A stretch of DNA of 61,694 bases, counting the filler, from Sphacelaria rigidula (taxonomy: Eukaryota), in the NCBI GenBank assembly GCA_964200075.2. It is 5 parts of 5 records of this genome, joined end to end, with 100 filler letters (N's around TTAATTAATTAA, not from the genome) between each part and the next. Parts side by side here need not be neighbours in the genome. Positions count along the whole stretch, not along the records: positions 1 to 12,262 come from CAXNAA020003950.1; 4 more parts are not named here. The stretch is one strand, 5' to 3'. Made by a program: the position numbers and the translations under genes. The notes beneath the pieces are model-generated. The model was not told where the DNA came from, searched no databases, and was given only the letters and a program-made list of their open reading frames with translations. How positions within the stretch are numbered: the stretch's first letter is position 1; each line of letters begins with the position of its first letter. Of this stretch, positions 1 through 12,362 are shown one piece after another.

Positions 1-1969
1 CTTCGATTTACGTGAAGATTTTGCCTCCCAAAACCGTGCACTTTTCTGGGGGGGGCTATCGTAGAAAGTATCCAGGGTAGTCCAGGAAACGTTTGTACGA
101 TTCTCGTTGCGTAGCTCGAAAAATTGGTGCAATGGGGGCTTTCTCTCAGTAAACATACCTGAAAAAGTCGTGTTTATACTCAGATCAAGTAGTCAGTAAT
201 TTGTACCTTGGAAATTCACAAGACTTGACGCGTTATTTGGAGTCGAACTGAAAGTACGCACACGTATGCTCCGGATCATAACGAACATCTCGATGGATCA
301 TTTCTTTTTCACGGGTTATGGAGGGTCCCAAAAGGGCTTAGAATCCCCCATAACCGGCTGCCCCCCCCCAAAACCCGTTGTGTGGAACATCCGTCGGAAC
401 TTTCGTCATGATCCTTACTGAATGTGAACAGTTTAAACGTTTCACACCCTGAACAATATGTGGTCAGTAGTTGCAATTGACAAAAATATACTGCTTAAAG
501 TATAGGCCTATTGCCGACAATGGTTGCGATAGGCCTACACTTGACGCAGTTTTTTTTGTTTGTCTTGGACAACTATTACATTGACCGTATGCATTGTCCA
601 GGTGTTCACATTTGCGAATGGAGATGTTCGGGGTGACAAGTTACTCGTCACCCCTGTAGCGATTGAAGAGTTGATGGAGTTTCTTCCGGATAGTTTCCAT
701 CCACATTTTCATTTTCCAAGTGTGTGTGTTGTGTCGTCATCCCGTCTATTCTGGACGCCAGTCTACACCTTTCGGTATACGTAAAGGCCGTGGGTAGTGA
801 ACTGCAGGCACAACGGCTTCCTCTCTGGCGACAGCATGGTACCGATGCAGTGGTAGCACGACGTGAGACACCGAATGAAAGCGGTTGAAGATTGTGTTGA
901 GTATGTCCTTTTGCCCTCCTGTCCTCGGTTTCTCTCTCGGTGATATTTGTGAGCTCTGATGATTGGCACGCACCCCGCGTCAAACCCTCAATGGGCTCGC
1001 GCAGTCAACAGTAACATACCTGGTAGTTGAGTAGTCATGTATGCAGTGTATGCAGCAACCACACCCTCGATACGAGCTGGACCGGCCAAGGCTCTGTGGC
1101 AACAGTCCACCGGCCACGCCAGACTCATTTTTTTTAAAATTTCGGGGTGAAATTTTGACACCACAGAAAAAACAGTAAGGCCGACCGCGTGACTGAGGTG
1201 GCTGTCTTTTTATTTTTTTTATTTTACTCGCGACTCGAAAATTTTATTTTTCTGGGCCAGTTTGAAATACCTTCAAGTAAGCGAGAAACCAACAAGAATA
1301 TCAGCCATACTAGATAAAGGGTAGGCCTGAGTGCAGTGCCCATGATGTCAAAATTTCTCGCCGAAATTCGAAAAATTCAATCGGGCATGATCGTTTCAGT
1401 ATTTCCGCGTGAAAAAAGTGCTTCGATGGTCTAATTGTCATACTGTAAACGTCAGGGTGAAGAGAGCGTGTGTTCGATTGCCGCCCGACCCACTTTTTTT
1501 TCATCTAGGAAATACGATTTTCACGGTCGAGAGCATGGGGACGTCAGGAGAGATGAGTTGATCCCCTGAGACCACGGATTCATCCCGAGGAAGGGGAGGG
1601 GCTTTGAGTGTAACAACAACAAACAAAAGATCGTGTGCTGACAGAGTATGGAAAAAAAATCGGGCGCAGATAATATACTAATTTGAGTACAGTAAGTGCC
1701 AGAATATTCGGCAGGGAGAGAGTGTCCGCAATTCTGCTTGAATGGGATGATGAAAAATCTTGATGCTTGCGCACCATGAGGTTACCGGCTCGATCGGCGG
1801 TATCGACATGCACGAGTCCCACACCACCACCAGGTATGTTGTACTTCGTGCACCACACGAAGCAACTCCTGGCTTTCCAGGTCTCTTTTCGGAACAATAT
1901 TATCGCGAGACTTTCTGGGGCCGATACAGCACGACACAACACTCGAACAGTACTATAGAGTAGAGTACC

Positions 1970-2011
1970 GTACAGTACAGTACAGTACAGTACAATACGC
2001 GTACAGTACAG
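1970..2011. repeat. (GTACA)n pentanucleotide microsatellite; related tract at ~3961-3995
   Basis: gtacagtacagtacagtacagtaca read directly. Confidence 0.85.
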
Positions 2012-2534
2012 TTATGGGTGGGACTGGGGCCCGATTTTGGGTACAATATTTCGGGAAAATGGATCACGAACGCTATATGCGTAAGAACCGGACCGTAATC
2101 AGGCAAATCATATCAATCAAAAGTACATACGTCACCTAGAAACAACGACCTGGCTCATATAAAATGTACCATAAACATGGTACATATCTTCAAGCTTGTG
2201 AGTGCTCGGTGTTGAGATGATACCGTTCCTCCGGATAACTCGCTCCAGATCAGTGGGTGGAAACTCTTGATGCAGCGGTGTTCAGCTGCTGTACTGCTCG
2301 GGAAGCGCACGCCCCCGAGCTACCACCCCACGTTTACCACCATTGCGAAGATAACAAGACAAGAAGAGGAACAGCAGCAGCTGTGGCCGCCACACACCAA
2401 CGCATCTGCAGCGAAAGGCGTGCCTGACATCGTGCTAGAACGAGAAAGTACGGAAAATTAGATTCCATGAGCAGCAGCGTTGCGCATCCCTTGGGTTCTG
2501 TCTCGAAAACGTCTGTGAGAAGACGGACGTGTTT

Positions 2535-3385
2535 CATCGGTGAACCCGTCCTCTACAAGCCAAGGGGTGAAAGGGTATTCGCTCATGATGAGTGAGGTTG
2601 TCCTTTGTACACATCCCCACAGAACAGAGCAGCACATGGCGGACCGCCACCAAAGCAAGTGTCGTGACATTGGTGCCAAAAAATAGCATTTGGTCGAAGA
2701 TGCAAGTTGGTGTAAATCGCATGGTTTACATATTATTTTCAGTATATACAGGCAAGTCAGTTGAAACACCGTGGCTGCTGACCTGTTCATACATCGTCAG
2801 TGTGTAGTGTGTAGTCTAAAATAGAAATCGCCCTTGGCGCCCTGGTTTCTCCGCTGGAACCATCAGATCCAACAGCCGAAGTTCATGTATTACGTCGCCC
2901 TCTGCACCTCAATACATGAAGGGTACTCGCTGTTGAAAGGCTAATTTGCTCATAGTGCACAGCCGTACAGAACGAAGCAGCACCTGGCGGCACGCCACGA
3001 AGGGAAACGCCGTCACACACTGCTCGCTGCAAGAAAAAATATGCAGCCCAAAACGAAGCTGTCGACCGTCGCATAGTTTGCATCTCACTCTTACATTGGT
3101 ACAATATAAACAGATAATTACCAAGTACATGATAACAGTCGCAAGCAGATGTAAGGCGGTGCAAGAACTACAATCGCTCTAGGAGCCTCGGCTTTTGCCC
3201 TGGAGCTCTGACACGAAGCAGCCGCTACTATTAGTTTGTCTTTCTTCCGTGAATTCCCCCTCTGAAATTCGACACTTGAAGGGATACTCGCTGTTGAAAG
3301 GCGAAATTGCCTTTTGTGCACAGCCGCACAGGACTAAGCAGCAGCGCCTGCCGACACGCAACCAAAGTGCATGTCGTGACAACTT
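2535..3385 (+). repeat. Three diverged direct repeats (~2535-2672, ~2895-3020, ~3245-3385) with a conserved reading frame
   Basis: Copy 1 reads SVNPSSTSQGVKGYSLMMSEVVLCTHPHRTEQHMADRHQSKCRD; copy 3 reads SVNSPSEIRHLKGYSLLKGEIAFCAQPHRTKQQRLPTRNQSACRD; copy 2 is frameshifted and contains a stop. Confidence 0.75.
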
Positions 3386-6300
3386 GCGGCGAGAAAAAAC
3401 AACACGCGCACCGATTTTTTTGAATTTGCGATGCTGGACCTCTAATAGCGCTAGATACTAATCCTCAACCCAAAAGTGCCGATCGCGCAACGCGTAGAAC
3501 TCGGCGACGAAGCAGAGGATTGGACTGCACTTTTTTGCGTGCGCTTCCCACACACCCAAGCCAGGTCAACCCATTTCACTTTTTCGTTTGAGCGTGATAC
3601 TGAGCCGCAACAAACCAAACGTACATAAATGAGGTGTTTTGCGCTCTGGGAGGGGGGTTTCTCGCTGCTAGCGCGACGCCAGGAAAATGTGAAATAGAAT
3701 TCCCCAGTTCTTGTGTGTATGCGAGGGGGTGTGAAGTGCCGTGGGCTGGCTTGCTTCCTGTGTCGAGAACCGCGCGATCTCTCGTGCTAGAGCTGTCCCG
3801 TAGTAAACCAAGTTTAAAAGTGATGAAGCGTGCGTTCTGCTCGAGAGGGCCTCGGCACAGGTGTGACCACCTACTGACGTGTTCATTATTCCTCCGCCCT
3901 TCTGTTTTTTTCAAGTTTGCCGCTGATTTTTGGTCGTTAGGCCCTCCAGTCCCACCCATAACAGTACAGTACAGTACAGCACAGCACAGCACAGTCCAAG
4001 TCACTACAGTACTGCTCTGGTTGTATAACTGTTCCGAAAAGAGGCCCGGCAGCCAATGCGATGCTGCCTGCAGTACAGGCACCTGGAGGGAGTGTGGGAT
4101 CCCATGTGCTTGCAGACGCCGCTGACCCACACCCTTCTGTTTGCTTGGCAGCTTGAGAACTTCTCGCCTCCATGGGCTTCCCGAAATGCCCTAGTTCCCA
4201 ACTCAGACGCCACGAATGCAAAAGCCCCCCCGTCCCCGCACGGGAGGCAAGTGGTCGCGAGGTGCAGTTGACAGGACGCATCTTTGATTTTGTGTACCAT
4301 AGCCTCAACACCCACGACACCGCCTTAATATTATATTATATGGTGAGAACAGAGGTCCTCTCCGATCACTGAGTTCGCGGCGAGCTTGACGCCATGACGG
4401 GCAGCATGGCAATATGCAAGCGTGTGGTACGCAAACACCACTCCGGAGCACAAAAAAGTCACGCCGCATTTTCAAAAACTAGCCGCATTTTCGTATAGTC
4501 TCGCCCTGTACTCGACGCAGTATGTTCTCGGCACACGACCTTTTCATATATTTCAAGACCGTCATGTGCCCTTGAGCACATAAAGAGTTGTAGGCGCATA
4601 CGCGTGGCGATCTCCCCATCACAGGGATATGTTTACTTTGTGATAACTCGCCGCGGTTCTTGAGATATGTTCGGTGGAAAGAATTTCAGTTTTGCGGCCG
4701 GCCCAGCTCGTAATGATATAGCTTGTCAAAAAGTATACTGCGTTCAGTATCGACTAGTATATAGCGTTTACTGCAATGGACAACAGGTTCCATACTGTAC
4801 TTTGTTGTTCGTTGTTTTCTTCACATTAAAAACCGTTCCGATATCTGCGCGGTACATCCGTACTGGGCATCTGATGCGGATGCCTTCCGTAGTCACAGGC
4901 TACTAATAGCTCCCAATAATAGGGTATGCTGAAATCAGAAAAAAATACAAGCAGTAAATTTTTGACGATGCAATCTTACACAGGCACGGTAGGTAAGGTA
5001 GGTACCCGATACTGGTGCGATCGGGTATTTTCAAATGTCATGCCTACGATACCCACGATACAACGGTAGTTCGAGATTTCGATACCTACCGTATCCGTCC
5101 AATCAGGTATTTCCGAAACCCATGCCTACGATACCTACGATACCACGGTATTTCGAGATTTCAGTGCCTACCGTACCCGCTCACTCTCGATCGTATCCTC
5201 TACTCTCAATCTCACGAAAACATTTTTATTTGGGAGGTGGTGTGGGTATATATATATATATATATACGGGGAGGGGAGGAGGTGTCACCGGGTATCAGAC
5301 ACAATGAACGTATTGACTCCCATCTTACCGACCACCACGCCAGATAACACCCGTTCTCAGAACCATGCAAATCCATCCATTTCATTCTCAGCTACCACCG
5401 AATATGAATTGAGCACAGGGATAGATACCCTGCAGTTGCTGGGCATGACAAGCAAGCGTACACAGCCAGAGAAGAGCAATCGTACTGATGTACTCAAGCA
5501 GTCGTACTACCGTGTACACTTGTGTCGTACTTTCGAAAACCATCAGCCCACAAGCCGACACGAACGCGCTACAAATACAGGTACACATGTAAATACAGTC
5601 TCGTGGCAAAGCTTAAAACACTTCCTAATCGAGGCGAGTCCATGCCGGCAAACGTCCGCATACAAGCCCGCGGCGGTTGCAATGGTACTGGGCAGCGGTG
5701 CTGCCCGGTGAATGAGACTTCGGACTTTAGTGAAGAGCGTTTGCCCGATTTCGGCCTTGGTGCGAAAGGTCCATCTGGCCCCAATATAATCGCAAGTAGA
5801 GACTCTACTCGTGACTAATCTTGGTAAATATTATTAGTATACAGAACATATCATGCAAATGACCCAAATAACACCCGCTATTTTTCAAAGAAACTGTTTC
5901 ACAGGACTGTCAGCCGAAAAATTGTACTGAAACGAAGCTTCGTGCTGAAAGAGTTGAATTTGGGCTTTTAACCATGAAGAAACCAGTCAATCTATATCGG
6001 CCCGCTCTCAGAGCGGGGTTTTGGGATATCATTGTTCTTCCTTTTCGATAATACGGAGGCTTTAGTCAGGGTGATGTGTACGCCCTACTAGCTGAAGTCA
6101 TGATCCGCAGTTCCAATTATTTCGAGTTCAGACAGGAGGCCATCGTGGCAAGAGGGTTGGACACTGTTAGCTTCAACAGCTCGCTTCACGGGCGATGCTC
6201 CCCAAGGGAGAAAGCTGCATGACGCACGAGATTCGTTACAACACATGCTGCAAGCGATTTTTGCTGAAAAGATGTCTGCATCCGCTAGAACAGGCCGAAG

Positions 6301-7305
6301 TTGGTGCAGGGTTCTCTAGATGCGGGCCCCACTCTGTGCGCATTGGTCTTGAAACACGCATCCTTATCCGTTGTACATATAATATGCTGTTTGCTGCTGT
6401 GTTCGATACTGCGTACCAACCGCAGCGTGACGCCTTCGGCGGTACTACTCGCTCACTGCACAATTAGGGTCTGGGACATTTCCGTATTTAATGCTACTCT
6501 GTGAGATCATGAAGAAATCCGCAACATCTGGGGGAACTGCAGGGGAGGCAATCGCCAAAATAATTACCTGAAAACTCTGCTCCAGTACACTATAAGTTGA
6601 TATCGCTAGGACACTACCATGACCACCTTGCTGGCTGCCAGAATATCAGGACGTAGTTTCCGCTGGCATTGCTACTGTCTGTAGGGGGATGTTGCCCTCT
6701 TGTCGGGTAAGTGGGAATGGTCCATGGCAGAACGCAGTGGTCGCGTGAGAGGAGCTTAACCTTGACGTGTTGAGCTTTTCGGACCGGGAAGCGTTCAGCC
6801 TAGACCCTCACTATATGGCGGGGCCTAGATGCTGCCTCTTTTCTGGTTTCCTGCGAGCGTTCATCCCTAACTGGGCGAAGATTGACGATAACGCCGGAAG
6901 GATCCGTTGCGGTCTGCGAGCCCGACCGACATTATACCTACTATAATTGTCATCAGACAGGAGGGGATGAAAAAAATACAATCTGATGAGAATGGTATCC
7001 ACCGTTTCAGTGCAGACCGGGCCCTCAGCGCCTTGTGCAGCCACGGCTGCGGCTCCGACACCTTGCTGTAGTACCAATCAACACATTGTCCAATTTTCGG
7101 CGTCATCACAAGCGAAGTGCGGATTTTCTTGACGTCTAACCTTCAAAAACACCGCCTCCGAATTATCGAAAAGGAATGACACTGGGTATAGTCAAGGCCT
7201 TCATGTGTCACGGTCAATCAAGTACGACGTACTCCGACTTTTACTGTTGAGTCGGATACTGCGGTAGCTTACATGGGTTCACAAATTGCCATATTCCTTT
7301 TTCAG

Positions 7306-7475
7306 GTATCTTGAGATGGCGAGGCGATCATCTGAGGTGGTGTGGAAACGGGGGTTACTGACCAAGGGCAACGGCATCTGCCACGGCGTCGCTGGCAACG
7401 GTTATACGTTTCTTTCCTTGAGGAAAGTCGACGATTCTGACGGACGACACCTTCACCGCGCGAGGAGCTTTGCAG
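7306..7475 (+). CDS. LANCL: LanC-like protein (LANCL/GCR2 family), penultimate exon
   Basis: tttttcAG acceptor and G|GTACG donor. Encodes YLEMARRSSEVVWKRGLLTKGNGICHGVAGNGYTFLSL...HLHRARSFA, containing the LanCL W-x-RGLL-x-KG-x-G-x-CHG-x-AGN Zn-ligand motif. Upstream exons, including the WCHG motif, were not found in this contig. Confidence 0.92.
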
Positions 7476-8039
7476 GTACGTGCGGGTACTGCCAGAGGCT
7501 CGGGGGAGTTGCGTCTGTTCCATGTGGAGTCTAAAGTGATTACTCTCGGCTTTTGTTCAAAAAGCACGAACACAATTGGTCGCGGCGTCACACTTCTTCC
7601 TCTGTCGGTATGAGAGGCACGCATGTCGCTGTTGTAGTCCGGGAGCGTGTTGCAGTGGTTCGTGTGTGTGTGTCGTCTCTTATCACGCATCTTATGGGCG
7701 ACGACACTCCCGCTCGCTCATCAACTTTTGGAACACTCTCGTTGAAGATGATCAAAAATCTACTCCTACTATCTCAAAAAGACTGCTGTATATCTTCTGA
7801 ACAGGGTGCCACGCGACAGACTGACACCGTGGTAACGTCTACCGTCAGCATTGCACGGCTTCCTTCTCCCCGTTTCGGTAGACGTCGCTCTTATCCAGTA
7901 TGTCACGAGTTATGATCCTGGAATCGAAGTTTGGGGTTATCCGAGCTGTCCCTTTCGTTACCTCAAACTTGATCGAAATTTCCACGTCTGAGCCACCCGC
8001 GTCCCCCCCCCTCCTGCCCCTTCTCATCACACACCTCAG

Positions 8040-8551
8040 GCTTCACAGCTTCAGCAGTATTGGGCCCAAACCCCTCAGCAGGGGCAAACGCCTTCCGTGG
8101 AGACCCCTTTGGCCCGGGCGCCCACGCGCACCCGCGCGGGTCAGGAGGCAACGGCGGTAGCGGGCCGGGTCGGTCCAACTCCCACGACTCGGGCAAATCT
8201 TTACCGTCGTTTGGCTGGCCTGGCAACAGCCATGGAGGCCTTAGCAAGTCCTTGGGAGGCGTGAATGTAGCGGTCATGGGTGGCGTGGGCGGGGTTTCGA
8301 GTAATGGTGCTGGTGTCGGTGGGAGCTCTGGACCAGGTGGTGCGGGGACCAGCTCGGGCGGTGGTCGGGCCAACCAGCATGGAAGGTCCAAGTCGGTTGG
8401 GGGGTGGGGGACGCACCATGAGCTACAGACGTGCCCAGATAGGCCAATGTCGTTGTTCGAGGGTTTGGCGGGAGCAGCCGTTTTTTTGGCGGATATGGTG
8501 CCCGAGGCCGGGGTTGGAGAACGCCCGTGGTTCCCCTCTCTGGAGCTTTGA
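8040..8551 (+). CDS. LANCL: LanC-like protein, terminal exon with Gly/Ser-rich insertion
   Basis: cctcAG acceptor is phase-compatible with the previous exon (G+GC). Ends PDRPMSLFEGLAGAAVFLADM...PWFPSLEL-stop, matching the LanCL C-terminal PDRP-x-SLFEG-x-AG...FP-x-x-EL signature. Confidence 0.9.
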
Positions 8552-10211
8552 TCATTCAATGATGATGGTCATACGATGATGGGGCTTGGATAATGCGATG
8601 ATGATATATGGTGACGATGATGGTGATCACGATTCATTTTTTGTGAGTGTTATGGGTTGTGGGCAGTTGTGTTTCATTATCGTGTTTCGTATGTTTGTTG
8701 GTTGTTTTGTTTTTTCGTGTTTTTGTTTTTCTTCTTGGTGTATATTTTGTTCTCCATAAATATATTTGCTTGTTCTGATTGTTTCTTGTGTGTTTAGTGT
8801 GTTGGATGCACTACTTACGGTTGTACATTGTGTCGAGTGTGTTTGTAGGACGGCGCGTATCTGTTTTTTGTCTTTTTCGGTATGATTTTGTTTTGTTTGG
8901 TTATTCACAAGTAGAATTCGTGTAAGTGGTGGCGATTTGATCGATTTGTCCATGATGAATGCTTTGTTTGCAGTGTCGTTGGTCGTCTTACAGTAACAAA
9001 GGAAAATCATGACCTCTTCTCCTGTAGGCGATGCCGTACAAACGAGTATATTGTAGGGTCGAGGGGTTGCTCGGGCAGACGGAGGGAGAGAGGGGATTGT
9101 ATGTTGCAGCGCGCCAACAAAATTGCACAAATCGAGTGCCTGTTTGCAAAGGATAGAAAGAGGATATCAGGAGCAATCCTACACTTGGGGTAAAGATGTT
9201 TGTGTGTGTGTGCGTGCGCGAAAGTTTGTGTGTTTTTGCCACATGTAGAGCGCAGTTGGTGGGAGGACGTGTGTAGACGCATTATCGTCGTTTTGGTCTT
9301 TGGTTTCCGTAAGATCTGTACCGTGATGTTGGTAAACAGAGAATTTCGATCGTCCACCGCATTCCTCGTTTGTCTCGTCATTACTTGTTCATCTAGGTGT
9401 GGGCGCGCGACGAGGAATTGTTGTGATTTGTAGCTCACGAAAGGGTGTACACGAGTTATCATGTGAGTACGGTGGTGGGACACCGGGTACAGCATATGGT
9501 ATGCAACGGTACAGTAGTTATTGACCATGGTCTGGACAAAATACATGTATACTGCTCTCACTGATTTCATCTGCAGCAGAGATGCTGCGGCCAGCCTTCT
9601 CTGTTGGGCCTTTTGGGTGCCATTTCTTCCTATGCCGCACCTTGTCACGTCATTGCACGCGGTATAGTTGGTCGATCGAAGAGTAAAAGCATGCCCGCAG
9701 CGATGGCTTTTTCATCACGGATTACTTTTCCCCGGATGGTGTGGCATCAACCATACTCTACCGAAGGTCTATATTTCGCCCCCGAGGATCCTTGGGGCCC
9801 ATGTCAACCTCTTGAAGCGTTCAATTGCTATAGGAGCAATCTTTGACAGAACGCGGTACACGAGGTGATGCATGGCATATACGTCAACTCTCATATGAAA
9901 TGCTCTCGGGCTTGAGGGTTGACTTGACCAACCACAAATCCGTCAGTATGTGGAGAGCACGTTCCCGACGTTCCTGGGGTCCCGTGGTTCCGGTCCGTTA
10001 TCACACGAGGATTATTCTCCACGGCGAACAGCTCGCTAGCTGTCTGGTCCTCAACAAGAGAGTTGATTCTCTCCAGGATTATCAACCTCCATGTTATCTG
10101 AAATACGTCTACACCTACTAAAAGTGGAACGCAACACGTCCATTGTGTCTGATACCCAGTGACACCTCCTCCCCTCCCCGTATATACCCACACCGCCTCC
10201 CACACAATATA

Positions 10212-10509
10212 ACAATGTTTCGTGAGATCGAGAGTAGAGGATACGATTGAGGGTGAAAAGCGGTCAACTAATGAATGAATTGTTTCAGTTCCGAGATGCC
10301 CCTCCACGAGGCCCGATATGCTTTCTGTAGTAGCTTGCCACTGAGGCCCTTAATATGCCCAAGTAGAATATCGACGTGTAGCTGTAAGCACACGCCAGTG
10401 ATATGGGCGAAGAGAAGCACAAACGGAATAAAAAATTGGCTTAAGTGAAAGCGAATGATCAGAGCCGCTCTCAACCAGCGCTCTACTCTCAATCTCACGA
10501 ATACGTTGC
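10212..10509. mobile_element. ~300-bp MITE with ~28-bp TIRs, TA-flanked
   Basis: ACAATGTTTCGTGAGATCGAGAGTAGAG ... CTCTACTCTCAATCTCACGAATACGTTGC. Related copies at ~10838-11027 (partial), ~11033-11336 (full, opposite orientation), ~11480-11576, ~15040-15195 and ~5180-5225. Confidence 0.8.
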
Positions 10510-11032
10510 TATATATGGAGCAGTATCAGTGTTCAGTGTGTTCACCACTACTTTTCTCTGCAAAGCAGGTCGAGCGACTGTTCCATTCATCCATGATTTT
10601 TGCAACGAAAAATGTACATGCACGGGGGCTTACAATGGAATTGTTAAACCTATGATTCCCGGAATTATAATACTTCACTAAATACAACAGTATATCATCA
10701 GCAAGTAGACATGGTCATGAGGCGCCTACAGTACTGCGCAATGCTTGCTGTGTTGTACGTTGAACGAAGGTTGCACTTTACGTGGGTCACAGTATTTTAG
10801 TCATGAGCTGGCATACAGGTGCTGGAGGTACGCATATGACAATGTTTTCGTGAGATTAACAGTGACAGTGGAGGATACGATGGAGAGTGAAAATCGGCCA
10901 GTTATGGAATGAATCGTTTCAGTTCCGGAAGGCCCCTCCACGAGGCCCGATATACTTTCTGTAGTAGCTTGCCACTGAGGTCCTTGATATCCCTGTGTAG
11001 GATATCGACGTGCAGCTGTAAGCACGCGATAA

Positions 11033-11336
11033 ACAACGTTTTCGTGAGATTGAGAGTCGAGCGCTGATTGAGAATGGCTTCGATCATTTGAATCAACTTA
11101 GTCATTTATTCATTCCGTGTGTGTTTTTCTTCGCCTCCATCACTCCTCCGTGTGCTTACAGCTACACGTCGATATCCTGCTCAGGGATATCAAGAGCCTG
11201 AGTGGCCAGTCACTACAGAAAGCATATTGGGACTCGTGGAGGAGCATTTCGGAACTGAAACGATTCATTCACTAATAATTGACCACTTTTCATTCTCAAT
11301 CGTATCCTCTACTCTCAATCTCACGAAAACACTGTT
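11033..11336. mobile_element. Second full copy of the ~300-bp MITE, reverse orientation
   Basis: Same TIRs, with the internal sequence reverse-complemented relative to 10212-10509. Confidence 0.78.
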
Positions 11337-12042
11337 GATAGTGATGGAGCCAAAAAAAGCACACCAACATGAGCCGCTTCATGCAGCCTGAACCCGAACA
11401 TCAGGCGCTTTATGGCCATCTTTTTCGTGAAACTTTTAGCTGGTTTTTGGGGGGGGCTATCGTAGAAAGTGTCACACTCGGAATGAAAAAATAAAAAATG
11501 GCTAGGTTAAAGCGAATTACCGAAGCCACTCTCAATCAGCGCTCTACTACTCTCGATATCACGAAAGCATTGTTGTTATATGACAAGTGAAATATGTGTA
11601 CCTGGTAATAGTCACACTGTACCGCCACGAAGAATAAAGAATCGCACCGAAATGCGTTAAAGCAAATAAATCATGGCTTAATGGCTTAAAAAATTGCCCG
11701 TGAAGTTTTCCAGCAACATCGACCAACAGGAGGACCACTTCTTCTGAATCAGGAGCAGCAGGCGTGGTCACCCCTTCGAATAACCTGATTTTTCACAATG
11801 TTCCTTTTCAACGCGGGTTGCGCGTTTTCGACTGGCCGCCTCCAGACCTCGCGTCATCACCACTAGGTGAGTTCCATCATGGGGAGACCCCGCCTGTCTG
11901 TCTTCATGTAAACCGGTAGGGCGTGGTCTGCAACATGCCTCTCAAGAAACGAAAAGTCGGTATTATGCCGACACTGGCTCGCACTCCCCACGAAGAGCTT
12001 TGGGTCATATGCACTTATTATGACAAATCCAATAATGCTATA

Positions 12043-12262
12043 CGAGCTGGGCCAGCCTAAAAACGGATTTAGCTCTAAAAGCAATATCTCATCGACACAG
12101 ACGAGTTGGGCCGTGATCCGCATAATATCGTATTATTATTCGTCCAACTCAGGGGAAGGTGCCCATCTGCTCAAAAATTGGGGCCCATATTTTTTCGTTG
12201 ATTAAACCCCATGTCTAGTCATTCCTATACCTAACGGAGATGGCGCCTATACTAAAATCTCT
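12043..12262. mobile_element. Left end of a CGAGCTGGGCC-terminus element, truncated by the contig end
   Basis: TA|CGAGCTGGGCCAGCCTAAAAACGGATTTAGCTC...GCAATATCTCATC; closely similar to 61623-61694. Confidence 0.7.
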
Positions 12263-12362
12263 NNNNNNNNNNNNNNNNNNNNNNNNNNNNNNNNNNNNNN
12301 NNNNNNTTAATTAATTAANNNNNNNNNNNNNNNNNNNNNNNNNNNNNNNNNNNNNNNNNNNN
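12263..12362. other. Artificial contig spacer (N44-TTAATTAATTAA-N44)
   Basis: Exactly 100 nt; the 12-mer has stops in all six frames; identical to three other spacers in the window. Confidence 0.97.

Larger units (their letters stand above)
1073..4710. mobile_element. TA-flanked TIR DNA transposon, ~3.64 kb, decayed, superfamily unassigned
   Basis: TA|CGAGCTGGACCGGCC at 1071-1087 and GGCCGGCCCAGCTCG|TA at 4696-4712: 15-bp inverted repeats with one mismatch, TA on both sides. The same terminus recurs at 12043, 12433, 38502 and 61623. No intact transposase ORF recognised. Confidence 0.7.

Noticed and set aside
560..784. Segment after gtccAG (VFTFANGDVRGDKLL...) as an upstream LANCL exon
   Set aside because: No LanC motif and no convincing phase-2 donor
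6290..6440. YNMLFAAVFDTAY resembling an RTE-type LINE reverse-transcriptase segment
   Set aside because: Too short and degenerate to support by eye; no YADD motif found nearby
7963..8559. 198-aa Pro-rich ORF on the minus strand
   Set aside because: Antisense shadow of the Gly-rich LANCL exon
8627..9130. 167-aa K/T/N/Q-rich minus-strand ORF
   Set aside because: Arises from the TG-rich low-complexity sequence just after the LANCL stop (likely 3' UTR)
12307..12318. Palindromic TTAATTAATTAA recurring every ~12.36 kb as a biological periodic motif
   Set aside because: Always centred in a fixed N44/N44 pad; it is an assembly spacer
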